From UHGV virus genome UHGV-0253784: DNA of 15,162 bases; one strand, written 5' to 3'. The notes under the pieces are model-generated. The model did not search any database and was not told the origin of the DNA. It saw only the letters and a list, made by a program, of their open reading frames with translations. The translations under genes were made by a program, and so were the position numbers. Every line of letters starts with the position of its first letter. Positions within the stretch are counted from its first letter, which is position 1. The stretch is from a virus. Of this stretch, positions 1 to 6,840 are shown piece by piece.

Positions 1-336
1 GAGCAGACCATCAAGGGTGACACTACGGATGGCTACGGTGGCATTCCTGGGATGGGTGAGGACACCACTCGTGCGTTCCTTGACGAGCCGTACTACTTCG
101 TGCAGGAGAGTCGTGAGCTTAAGACTGGCAAGAACAAAGGCCAGATTAAGACTGAGTGGAAGAAGTATCCGAAGCGTGAAGACATGACGCTGTGGGACTG
201 CATGGTGACTCTGGCTGAGAAAGCTGGGATGACTGAGGAGGAGCTTCTGGTCCAAGCTCAGGTCGCTCGTATTTGTCGAGACTCCGACTATGACCCTAAG
301 TCCAAGGAGGTCATCCTATGGACACCATCCATGTAA
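1..336 (+). CDS. 3' end of an upstream gene, 5' truncated by the window edge; probably the T7 gene 6-like exonuclease by position
   Basis: Frame 1 is open from base 1 to TAA at 334-336 and is in frame with the listed 52..336 ORF. It lies immediately upstream of the phi6.5-like promoter, as gene 6 does in T7. Assignment is by position only; I do not recognise the C-terminal sequence. Confidence 0.45.
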   Translation, partial: EQTIKGDTTDGYGGIPGMGEDTTRAFLDEPYYFVQESRELKTGKNKGQIKTEWKKYPKREDMTLWDCMVTLAEKAGMTEEELLVQAQVARICRDSDYDPKSKEVILWTPSM

Positions 337-410
337 TTTACTGGGTCGGACTTCTGGCCCTTTACTGCATGTACAAGTGGTTCGGGTCGAACAACCGTCC
401 TAAACACTGA
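318..410 (+). CDS. Small hydrophobic peptide, 30 aa (MDTIHVIYWVGLLALYCMYKWFGSNNRPKH); possible gene 6.3 analogue
   Basis: ATG at 318 is preceded by a strong Shine-Dalgarno AAGGAGG (304-310). It overlaps the last 19 nt of the upstream gene. It has one hydrophobic stretch long enough for a membrane helix. Below the size cut-off of the ORF track; hand-translated. Confidence 0.35.
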   Translation: MDTIHVIYWVGLLALYCMYKWFGSNNRPKH

Positions 411-462
411 GGCTAGCCGATAGTCATATCCTATCAATCCAACAGCCATCCATATGTGAAAC

Positions 463-485
463 ACTAAACTATCACTATAGGGACT
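463..485 (+). promoter_or_regulatory. Phage RNA polymerase promoter, phi6.5-like position (-17 to +6, +1 G at 480)
   Basis: ACTAAACTATCACTATAGGGACT; positions -8 to +4 TCACTATAGGGA are identical to the T7 class III promoter core. It sits between gene 6 and gene 6.5 as in T7. Confidence 0.8.
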
Positions 486-546
486 TTAGGACCTAAGATA
501 TGACTATAAGATAGACTTTAGTCTTAACTTAAAGAGGAGATTCAAG

Positions 547-819
547 ATGGCAATTAATGCTATTGAAAACGTTGTTAAGCAGTTACAGGAAGAAAGACTT
601 GATGTCCCGAACATCTCCCAGCCTGCTATCCAGTTCCTTCACGTATTGTTCAACGCAAGCTACGCTGAGAGGACTGGAGCTATCAGTCTCCTCAAGCAGC
701 AAGGCTACAGCGATGCGTTCATTGCCGGGTTCATCAAGGGCCTCCAGTACTGTTCTGACACTCTCGACTCTGCGATTGCTATGCGTCGTGAGCTGAAAGA
801 TACCGTTCAGTTTGATTAA
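547..819 (+). CDS. gp6.5-like hypothetical protein (90 aa)
   Basis: Shine-Dalgarno AGAGGAGA 5-8 nt upstream of ATG 547. First ORF after the phi6.5-like promoter. Assignment by synteny. Confidence 0.65.
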   Translation: MAINAIENVVKQLQEERLDVPNISQPAIQFLHVLFNASYAERTGAISLLKQQGYSDAFIAGFIKGLQYCSDTLDSAIAMRRELKDTVQFD

Positions 820-833
820 CTGTAGGAGGGACT

Positions 834-1058
834 ATGTGTTTCAGTCCAAAGATTAGCACTCCGAAGCCTTCGGTCCAAGCACCTGAACCAGCACCTCTGA
901 GTGAGGAAGTTGCGTCAGTTGACATCGGGGCTGAATCTGATGTGGACACCAACGAGACCAAAGGTATCAAAGACCTGAAGGTCAAGAAGGAGTCTGCACC
1001 TAAAGATAAATCGTCAGTGAGTCGAGCTATGCGAGCCTCTGGCGTCAACATGGGGTAA
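834..1058 (+). CDS. gp6.7-like virion protein (74 aa)
   Basis: N-terminus MCFSPKISTPK matches the T7 gp6.7 N-terminus as I recall it (MCFSPKIKTP), and the EPAPL motif is shared. Shine-Dalgarno TAGGAGGG upstream. Confidence 0.8.
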   Translation: MCFSPKISTPKPSVQAPEPAPLSEEVASVDIGAESDVDTNETKGIKDLKVKKESAPKDKSSVSRAMRASGVNMG

Positions 1059-1062
1059 GACA

Positions 1063-1467
1063 ATGCTACCATATCTCAACTCACGCGAAGGTCGCCACAT
1101 GTGCGCCTGTCGCCTCTGGGAAGACGGGCAGTCTAACTTCAAGTCATTCGAGGACTTCAAGGCTCATACTTACCGTATGGCTGACGAGTTCGAGGGTGAA
1201 GAGTACACAATCTACGATGCCTCAGGTCAACCAGTAGCGTATCTCTACATGCTGGCTACCTCATCTTGGCACCGACCGACTCCCGGTCTTGACCTTTCAA
1301 TCGTCGCTATTCGTCGTGACTCGCAGTCCTCCCGCAAGGTTCTTGAGACTGTCAGACACATCATAGACGAAGAGTGCAAGCGTTGGGGTCTAGACTGGTA
1401 TTCTCGTGTCAAGCATGTTTCTGGGTCGGTAGACATCGTAACAACTAAGGAGATTAACCGTGGGTAA
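1063..1467 (+). CDS. gp7-like virion/host-range protein (134 aa)
   Basis: Size and position match T7 gene 7, between 6.7 and 7.3. Weak ribosome-binding site. Assignment by synteny only. Confidence 0.55.
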   Translation: MLPYLNSREGRHMCACRLWEDGQSNFKSFEDFKAHTYRMADEFEGEEYTIYDASGQPVAYLYMLATSSWHRPTPGLDLSIVAIRRDSQSSRKVLETVRHIIDEECKRWGLDWYSRVKHVSGSVDIVTTKEINRG

Positions 1468-1708
1468 ATCAATCAGTAAGGCTTTCAAGAAAGTGGTGAA
1501 AAGTACGTTAAGGACAGTGGGTCTTGGCTCTGACGATGCTCCTAAGGTTGTTGAGGCTCAGACCCCAGCAGCACCAGTGGAAGTACCGAACGACAAAGTG
1601 GAGGATGTGGATACTGAAACAACCGCATCTGACGAGAAGAAAGTGAAGCGTTCCGGTAAGCGTAGCCTTCAGGTCTCTCGTACCTCTGGTGGCGGTATTT
1701 CTATATGA
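1460..1708 (+). CDS. gp7.3-like tail/adsorption virion protein (82 aa, GTG start)
   Basis: GTG at 1460 with AAGGAG (1447-1452) 7 nt upstream. N-terminus MGKSISKAFKK and C-terminal SGGGISI resemble T7 gp7.3 (MGKKVKKAVKK ... SGGGINI, from memory). Overlaps gp7 by 8 nt. Confidence 0.75.
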   Translation: MGKSISKAFKKVVKSTLRTVGLGSDDAPKVVEAQTPAAPVEVPNDKVEDVDTETTASDEKKVKRSGKRSLQVSRTSGGGISI

Positions 1709-2121
1709 CCGGGTGCATCGAGTGGAAGTGGGCAAAATCCTCAGCAGGATACGGGCAGAAGCGTATAGACGGTAAGTTAGTGTATATGCACCTACTCGCT
1801 TACGCCGATGCGCATGGGCCAATACCAAACGGAATGCGCGTCCGTCATAAGTGTGATAATCCAGCATGTTTCAACGTAAACCACTTAGAGTTAGGAACTC
1901 AGCGTGATAACATGCAGGACGCCTCAAAGCGTGGTCGCATCAATAAAACCAAAATGGCTAGAGGTGAAGACCAAGGGTTATCGGTTTTAACAGAAGACCT
2001 TGTTCGAGAAATCCGCAAGTCAACTGTAGGTTGTACAACACTGGCTCGTGAGCTAGGCGTTAGCAAGTCTACAGTTTTGCGTGTTCGCCAAGGTAAAACA
2101 TGGAGGCACGTAGATGGCTGA
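1705..2121 (+). CDS. HNH-family homing-endonuclease-like protein (138 aa), at the T7 gene 7.7 position
   Basis: HNH motif HKCDNPACFNVNHLELGTQRDN followed by a helix-turn-helix-like tail. ATGA overlap with the gp7.3 stop and an 8-nt overlap with the portal start. Paralogous to ORF 12614..13063. Confidence 0.85.
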   Translation: MTGCIEWKWAKSSAGYGQKRIDGKLVYMHLLAYADAHGPIPNGMRVRHKCDNPACFNVNHLELGTQRDNMQDASKRGRINKTKMARGEDQGLSVLTEDLVREIRKSTVGCTTLARELGVSKSTVLRVRQGKTWRHVDG

Positions 2122-3682
2122 ACGTGAAGGATTTGCTGCTGAAGGCGCGAAGTCAGTTTATGATAGATTAAAGAACGGACGACAACCATATGAGACGCGC
2201 GCTCAGAACTGTGCTGCTGTCACTATCCCGTCACTGTTTCCTAAGGAGTCCGACAACTCGTCTACGGAATACGTGACGCCGTGGCAAGCTGTAGGTGCTC
2301 GCTGCTTGAACAACTTGGCTGCAAAACTGATGTTGGCGCTATTCCCTCAGTCACCGTGGATGCGACTTACAGTCTCAGAATACGAGGCAAAGACCTTGAG
2401 TCAGGACTCAGAGGCGGCTGCTCGTGTCGACGAAGGGCTGGCTATGGTCGAGCGTGTGTTGATGGCTTACATGGAGACTAACAGTTTCCGCGTCCCATTA
2501 TTCGAGGCGTTGAAGCAGCTTATCGTCTCCGGTAACTGTCTGCTCTACATTCCAGAGCCTGAACAGGGAACTTACAGTCCGATGCGTATGTACCGCTTAA
2601 CGTCCTACGTTGTTCAACGTGATGCTTTCGGTAACATCTTGCAGATTGTGACTCTCGACAAGGTAGCGTTTAGTGCTCTACCGGAAGACGTGAAGTCTCA
2701 ACTCAACGCAGACGACTATGATCCTGACACCGAGTTGGAAGTGTATACGCACATCTACCGTCAGGACGACGAGTATCTACGCTACGAGGAAGTGGAAGGC
2801 ATTGAGGTAACAGGGACCGATGGTTCTTACCCACTGACTGCCTGTCCGTACATCCCGGTACGAATGGTTCGACTGGATGGTGAAGACTATGGTCGTTCTT
2901 ACTGCGAGGAGTATCTTGGAGACCTTAACTCTCTGGAGACGATTACAGAAGCTATCACCAAAATGGCTAAGGTAGCCTCCAAGGTGGTGGGCCTCGTTAA
3001 CCCGAACGGTATCACGCAACCTCGTCGTCTGAACAAGGCGGCTACAGGTGAGTTTGTGGCTGGTCGCGTTGAGGACATCAACTTCCTGCAACTGACGAAA
3101 GGTCAGGACTTTACGATTGCCAAGTCGGTAGCTGATGCTATCGAGCAACGTTTAGGCTGGGCCTTCCTTCTTAATAGTGCTGTTCAGCGTAATGCCGAGC
3201 GAGTCACTGCTGAAGAGATTCGTTATGTTGCTGGCGAACTGGAGGCGACCTTAGGTGGCGTGTACTCAGTACAATCCCAAGAGCTTCAGTTACCTATCGT
3301 CCGTGTGCTGATGAACCAGCTTCAGTCTGCTGGCATGATTCCTGACCTTCCGAAAGAAGCGGTAGAGCCTACGGTCTCCACTGGTCTGGAAGCGTTAGGT
3401 CGTGGTCAAGACTTAGAGAAGCTAACTCAGGCAGTCAACATGATGACCGGGCTACAGCCTCTGCAACAGGACCCAGACATTAACTTGCCGACCCTGAAGC
3501 TGCGACTGCTGAATGCCTTAGGTATTGACACTGCTGGCTTGCTGCTGACCCAGGACGAGAAGTTGCAACGTATGGCTGAACAATCCGCTCAAGGAGCTGT
3601 GGTCAACGGTGCGTCTGCTGCTGGTGCTAACATGGGTGCTGCTGTAGGTCAGGGAGCTGGTGAAGACATGGCTCAAGCCTAA
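2114..3682 (+). CDS. Portal (head-to-tail connector) protein, gp8-like (522 aa)
   Basis: Long blocks match T7 gp8 as I recall it (AKSVYxRLKNxRxPYETRAQNC, DAFGNxLQxVT, RYVAxELExTLGGVYS). Shine-Dalgarno GGAGG 7 nt upstream of the ATG. Confidence 0.95.
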   Translation: MAEREGFAAEGAKSVYDRLKNGRQPYETRAQNCAAVTIPSLFPKESDNSSTEYVTPWQAVGARCLNNLAAKLMLALFPQSPWMRLTVSEYEAKTLSQDSEAAARVDEGLAMVERVLMAYMETNSFRVPLFEALKQLIVSGNCLLYIPEPEQGTYSPMRMYRLTSYVVQRDAFGNILQIVTLDKVAFSALPEDVKSQLNADDYDPDTELEVYTHIYRQDDEYLRYEEVEGIEVTGTDGSYPLTACPYIPVRMVRLDGEDYGRSYCEEYLGDLNSLETITEAITKMAKVASKVVGLVNPNGITQPRRLNKAATGEFVAGRVEDINFLQLTKGQDFTIAKSVADAIEQRLGWAFLLNSAVQRNAERVTAEEIRYVAGELEATLGGVYSVQSQELQLPIVRVLMNQLQSAGMIPDLPKEAVEPTVSTGLEALGRGQDLEKLTQAVNMMTGLQPLQQDPDINLPTLKLRLLNALGIDTAGLLLTQDEKLQRMAEQSAQGAVVNGASAAGANMGAAVGQGAGEDMAQA

Positions 3683-3700
3683 ACTATCACTATAGGAACA
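3678..3700 (+). promoter_or_regulatory. Phage RNA polymerase promoter, phi9-like position (+1 G at 3695)
   Basis: CCTAAACTATCACTATAGGAACA; same -16 to +2 core as the other three promoters but the transcript starts GGA rather than GGG. It overlaps the portal stop codon. Confidence 0.65.
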
Positions 3701-3785
3701 ACGGGACGCACATTCACCGCGAGTGTGCCACTGGGAGCTACCATACTCTGTCCCGTCGCCTATTAACTACCAAAGGAGAGACTTA

Positions 3786-4670
3786 ATGTCCCAATCAGTT
3801 TATGCCGAGTTCGGCGTTAGCTCTAATGCAATCACTGGTTCAGTTGAGGACCTGAACGAACACCAGAAGTCTATGCTTGAACAGGACGTAGCTGTTCGTG
3901 ATGGCGATGACGCTATTACCTTCAAGCAACTGGAAGCTGAAAATGAAGAGGCTACCGAAGAAGACGAAAACGTCGAAGAGACTGAAGGTGAAGAAGACCA
4001 CGAGTCAGATGACGAAGAGTCTGAGACCGATGGTGAGCAACCTGAGTTCGTAGAACTTGGTGATGCACCTAAAGAGCTGACCGAAAGTGTCACCGCTCTG
4101 GATGAAAACGAAGCTGCATTTGATGACATGGTGTCTTCTGCTGTAGAAGCTGGCAAGGTCACTGCTGATGAAATTACCGCTATCAAGGCTGAATACGCCA
4201 AGGACGGTAAGCTGTCTGACGCATCCTACGCTAAGTTGCAGGAAGCAGGTTACACCAAGCGTTTCGTAGATTCGTTTGTCCGTGGTCAGGAAGCTCTGGC
4301 TGAACAGTATGCTGCTGGTGTGGTTCGCTACGCTGGTGGTGCTGAACAGTTTAATCGTATCCTGTCACACCTTGAGTCCAACGACCCGTCAACTCGTGAA
4401 GCACTGGAAGCTGCTATCGTTCGTAAGGACATTGCGACTACCAAGGCCCTGCTGAATCTGGCTGGCAAGACTCTGGGTAAAGCTGTGGGAGTTAAACCTC
4501 AGCGTACCATCACCACTCAGGCTAAACCTGTGGTAGCACCTAAGGCTCCTAAGACCGAAGCATTCAGCTCTAAGGCTGACATGATTAAGGCTATGAGTGA
4601 CCCGCGATACCTGCGTGACGCTAAGTACACGATGGAAGTTCGCGCTAAGGTAGCTGCATCAAGCCTGTAG
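3786..4670 (+). CDS. Capsid assembly (scaffolding) protein, gp9-like (294 aa)
   Basis: Start taken at ATG 3786, which has the Shine-Dalgarno AAGGAGA upstream, rather than the 3723 start in the ORF track. YAEFGV near the N-terminus, an acidic central region and KAMSDPRY near the C-terminus resemble T7 gp9. Confidence 0.9.
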   Translation: MSQSVYAEFGVSSNAITGSVEDLNEHQKSMLEQDVAVRDGDDAITFKQLEAENEEATEEDENVEETEGEEDHESDDEESETDGEQPEFVELGDAPKELTESVTALDENEAAFDDMVSSAVEAGKVTADEITAIKAEYAKDGKLSDASYAKLQEAGYTKRFVDSFVRGQEALAEQYAAGVVRYAGGAEQFNRILSHLESNDPSTREALEAAIVRKDIATTKALLNLAGKTLGKAVGVKPQRTITTQAKPVVAPKAPKTEAFSSKADMIKAMSDPRYLRDAKYTMEVRAKVAASSL

Positions 4671-4671
4671 G

Positions 4672-4694
4672 ACTAAACTATCACTATAGGGAGA
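4672..4694 (+). promoter_or_regulatory. Phage RNA polymerase promoter, phi10-like position (+1 G at 4689)
   Basis: ACTAAACTATCACTATAGGGAGA; 17 consecutive bases match the T7 consensus from -8 to +6 plus shared upstream bases. Immediately after the scaffold stop. Confidence 0.85.
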
Positions 4695-4796
4695 CCAAGA
4701 GACAGACTCAAGGTTTCCCTATTACTTCAGTCCATACGGATTGGGCATACAGTAAGTAATAAACTTTATCTTTCAATTGAATAGGAGAATTATCAT
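4689..4796 (+). promoter_or_regulatory. Gene 10 5' leader: stem-loop at the transcript start, epsilon-like enhancer and Shine-Dalgarno
   Basis: GGGAGACC (4689-4696) can pair with GGTTTCCC (4712-4719) with one G-U pair, as in the T7 gene 10 leader hairpin. TAAACTTTA around 4759-4768 resembles the T7 epsilon enhancer TTAACTTTA. AGGAGA at 4783-4788 lies 8 nt before the ATG. Confidence 0.5.
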
Positions 4797-5840
4797 ATGG
4801 CAAACGTTCCGGGTCAGAAAATTGGTACAGACCAAGGTAAAGGCAAATCTGGTTCCGACGCTCTGGCGTTGTTCCTGAAGGTCTTTGCTGGCGAAGTCCT
4901 GACCGCATTCACTCGCCGCTCTGTAACTGCTGACAAGCATATTGTCCGTACCATTCAGAACGGCAAGTCTGCTCAGTTCCCTGTCATGGGTCGCACCTCT
5001 GGTGTGTATCTGGCTCCGGGTGAGCGACTGTCAGATAAGCGTAAAGGTATCAAACATACCGAGAAAGTGATTACCATTGATGGTCTGCTGACTGCCGATG
5101 TGATGATTTTCGATATTGAAGACGCGATGAACCACTATGACGTGGCTGGTGAGTATTCCAACCAGCTAGGTGAAGCTCTGGCTATCGCTGCCGATGGTGC
5201 GGTCTTAGCTGAAATGGCTATCCTGTGTAACCTTCCGGCTGCATCCAACGAGAACATTGCTGGTCTAGGCACCGCCTCCGTACTGGAAGTTGGTAAGAAA
5301 GCTGACCTCAACACTCCGGCTAAACTTGGTGAAGCAATCATCGGTCAATTGACCATTGCCCGTGCGAAGCTGACCTCCAACTACGTTCCTGCTGGCGACC
5401 GTTATTTCTACACAACGCCGGACAACTACTCTGCAATCCTCGCGGCTCTGATGCCGAACGCTGCTAACTATGCTGCTCTGATTGACCCAGAGACTGGTAA
5501 CATCCGTAATGTAATGGGCTTCGTGGTTGTTGAAGTTCCACACTTGACTCAGGGCGGTGCTGGTGAAACTCGTGGTGAAGATGGTATCACTATTGCGACT
5601 GGTCAGAAGCACGCCTTCCCAGCTACTGCTGCTGGTGATGTTAAAGTTGCTCTGGACAACGTTGTGGGCCTGTTCTCTCACCGTTCTGCTGTAGGCACTG
5701 TTAAGCTGCGCGATTTGGCGCTGGAACGTGACCGTGACGTCGATGCTCAGGGGGACCTGATTGTTGGTAAGTACGCTATGGGGCACGGCGGTCTGCGTCC
5801 TGAAGCGGCTGGCGCACTGGTTTTCAGCTCAGCGGTGTAA
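4797..5840 (+). CDS. Major capsid protein, gp10A-like (347 aa)
   Basis: Extensive match to T7 gp10A as recalled (GKSAQFPV, HTEKVITIDGLLTADV, DIEDAMNHYDV, ALMPNAANYAALIDPE, HRSAVGTVKLRDLALER, KYAMGHGGLRPEAAG). Confidence 0.95.
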   Translation: MANVPGQKIGTDQGKGKSGSDALALFLKVFAGEVLTAFTRRSVTADKHIVRTIQNGKSAQFPVMGRTSGVYLAPGERLSDKRKGIKHTEKVITIDGLLTADVMIFDIEDAMNHYDVAGEYSNQLGEALAIAADGAVLAEMAILCNLPAASNENIAGLGTASVLEVGKKADLNTPAKLGEAIIGQLTIARAKLTSNYVPAGDRYFYTTPDNYSAILAALMPNAANYAALIDPETGNIRNVMGFVVVEVPHLTQGGAGETRGEDGITIATGQKHAFPATAAGDVKVALDNVVGLFSHRSAVGTVKLRDLALERDRDVDAQGDLIVGKYAMGHGGLRPEAAGALVFSSAV

Positions 5841-5971
5841 GTACATTTAGCCAGCCTAACATCGCTACAGTAGCGGCTGCACCTGAAGAGGAGACTCTAA
5901 CCCCTCAACAGAAAGCTGCGCGTACTCGTGCTGCGAACAGGGCCGCTAAACTGGCTGAGTCCAACAACTAA
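4797..5971 (+). CDS. Minor capsid protein 10B-like, made by a programmed -1 frameshift near the end of 10A
   Basis: G GTT TTC heptamer at 5819-5825, the same slip sequence as T7 gene 10. The -1 frame is open from 5804 to TAA at 5969-5971, giving a 48-aa extension ending ...AAKLAESNN. The terminator starts 6 nt later. Confidence 0.6.
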
Positions 5972-5976
5972 TTGAA

Positions 5977-6016
5977 ACCCCTTGGGTGCCTTCGGGTGCT
6001 TGAGGGGTTTTTTTTT
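5977..6016 (+). terminator. Tphi-like late transcription terminator
   Basis: ACCCCTTGGGTGCCTTCGGGTGCTTGAGGGG plus a 9-T run at 6008-6016. It forms a 13-bp stem with G-U pairs and a UUCG loop. Close to the T7 Tphi sequence as recalled, and in the same place after gene 10. Confidence 0.85.
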
Positions 6017-6037
6017 GCTTAAAGTGAGAGGAGACTT

Positions 6038-6604
6038 ATGGCTCAATACATTCCACTGAATGCTAACGATGACTTAGACGCCATCAACGATATGTTAGCT
6101 GCTATAGGTGAACCAGCAGTCCTACAGCTTGACGAGGGGAACGCTGACGTCTCGAACGCTCAACGTATCCTGCATCGTGTCAATCGTCAGGTCCAAGCTA
6201 AAGGCTGGAACTTTAACATCAACGAAGCTGCTGTCCTGACACCTGATATCCAAGACAATAGGATTCGATTCTTGCCATCATACCTTCGTGTAATGACCGC
6301 TGGGGCCACCAGCTACTACAGCAATATGGGTGGATACCTGTACGACCTATCCACTCAGTCAACCACTTTCACCGACCCTATCACGGTAGAGCTTGTGGAG
6401 ATGAAGCCATTCTCCGAGATGCCTGTGGTCTTCAGGGACTACATCGTCACTAAAGCTAGCCGTGAGTTCAACGCTAAGTTCTTCGGTAGCCCAGAGTCAG
6501 AGCTATACCTTCGTGAGCAGGAAGCAGAACTCTATCAGCAAGTTATGGAATACGAGATGGACACTGGTCGCTACAACATGATGTCTGACATTGGGAGGGA
6601 CTAA
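6038..6604 (+). CDS. Tail tubular protein A, gp11-like (188 aa)
   Basis: Matches T7 gp11 as recalled (AIGEPxV, NAxRIL, GWxFNI, YIVTKASRxFN, MEYEMD). Shine-Dalgarno GAGAGGAGA upstream. Confidence 0.95.
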   Translation: MAQYIPLNANDDLDAINDMLAAIGEPAVLQLDEGNADVSNAQRILHRVNRQVQAKGWNFNINEAAVLTPDIQDNRIRFLPSYLRVMTAGATSYYSNMGGYLYDLSTQSTTFTDPITVELVEMKPFSEMPVVFRDYIVTKASREFNAKFFGSPESELYLREQEAELYQQVMEYEMDTGRYNMMSDIGRD

Positions 6605-6831
6605 TGGCTAGTCACAACCTGAAGATTCACCGCCAGCACTTTGGTCCGGTACAGCTAGGTCTAAAGACAGCAGAGCTGAGACTTAACGACCGGGACTTTA
6701 AGGTTGGCGATTGGCTTATCCTGAATGAGTGGGACAACGGATACACTGGACAACAGGTAGCTCGTAAGGTTGTCCACATTGCTGACGTTGGTGACATCGC
6801 TGAAGGATACGTCCTAATGAGTATGATTTAA
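6604..6831 (+). CDS. Small DUF3850/ASCH-like (PUA-fold) protein (75 aa), inserted between the tail tubular genes
   Basis: TAATG stop-start overlap with gp11 and GGGAGGGA upstream. The pattern HNLKIHxxHFGPVxLGLKTAELRLNDRDFKVGDWLILNEW ... EGYVL fits the DUF3850 signature as I remember it. T7 has no gene here. Confidence 0.7.
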   Translation: MASHNLKIHRQHFGPVQLGLKTAELRLNDRDFKVGDWLILNEWDNGYTGQQVARKVVHIADVGDIAEGYVLMSMI

Positions 6832-6840
6832 GGAGGGCCT

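Noticed and set aside
557-796. Plus-strand alternative-frame ORFs (557..796, 2281..2481, 7679..7903, 8279..8632, 10025..10336, 10582..10860, 11713..11928, 14600..14812)
   Set aside because: Each is nested in a different frame within a recognisable gene and lacks its own translation signals; most likely chance open frames.
779-1072. Minus-strand ORFs in the track (779..1072, 1245..1472, 1508..1867, 1899..2189, 2777..3148, 3800..4201, 5265..5786, 9700..10191, 10464..10751, 12183..12434 and others)
   Set aside because: All lie antisense inside well-supported plus-strand structural genes, have no ribosome-binding sites, and T7-like late regions are transcribed from one strand only. The Ser-rich 3800..4201 product is just the antisense of the scaffold gene's acidic GAA/GAC-rich stretch.
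3723-3785. Upstream start for the scaffold ORF at 3723
   Set aside because: No Shine-Dalgarno before 3723, while ATG 3786 has AAGGAGA at the right spacing and gives an N-terminus (MSQSVYAEFGV) resembling T7 gp9.
3950-4040. Low-complexity acidic GAA/GAC-rich stretch in the scaffold gene as a possible tandem repeat
   Set aside because: It encodes the acidic region typical of T7-type scaffolding proteins; it is compositional bias within a coding sequence, not an independent repeat element.
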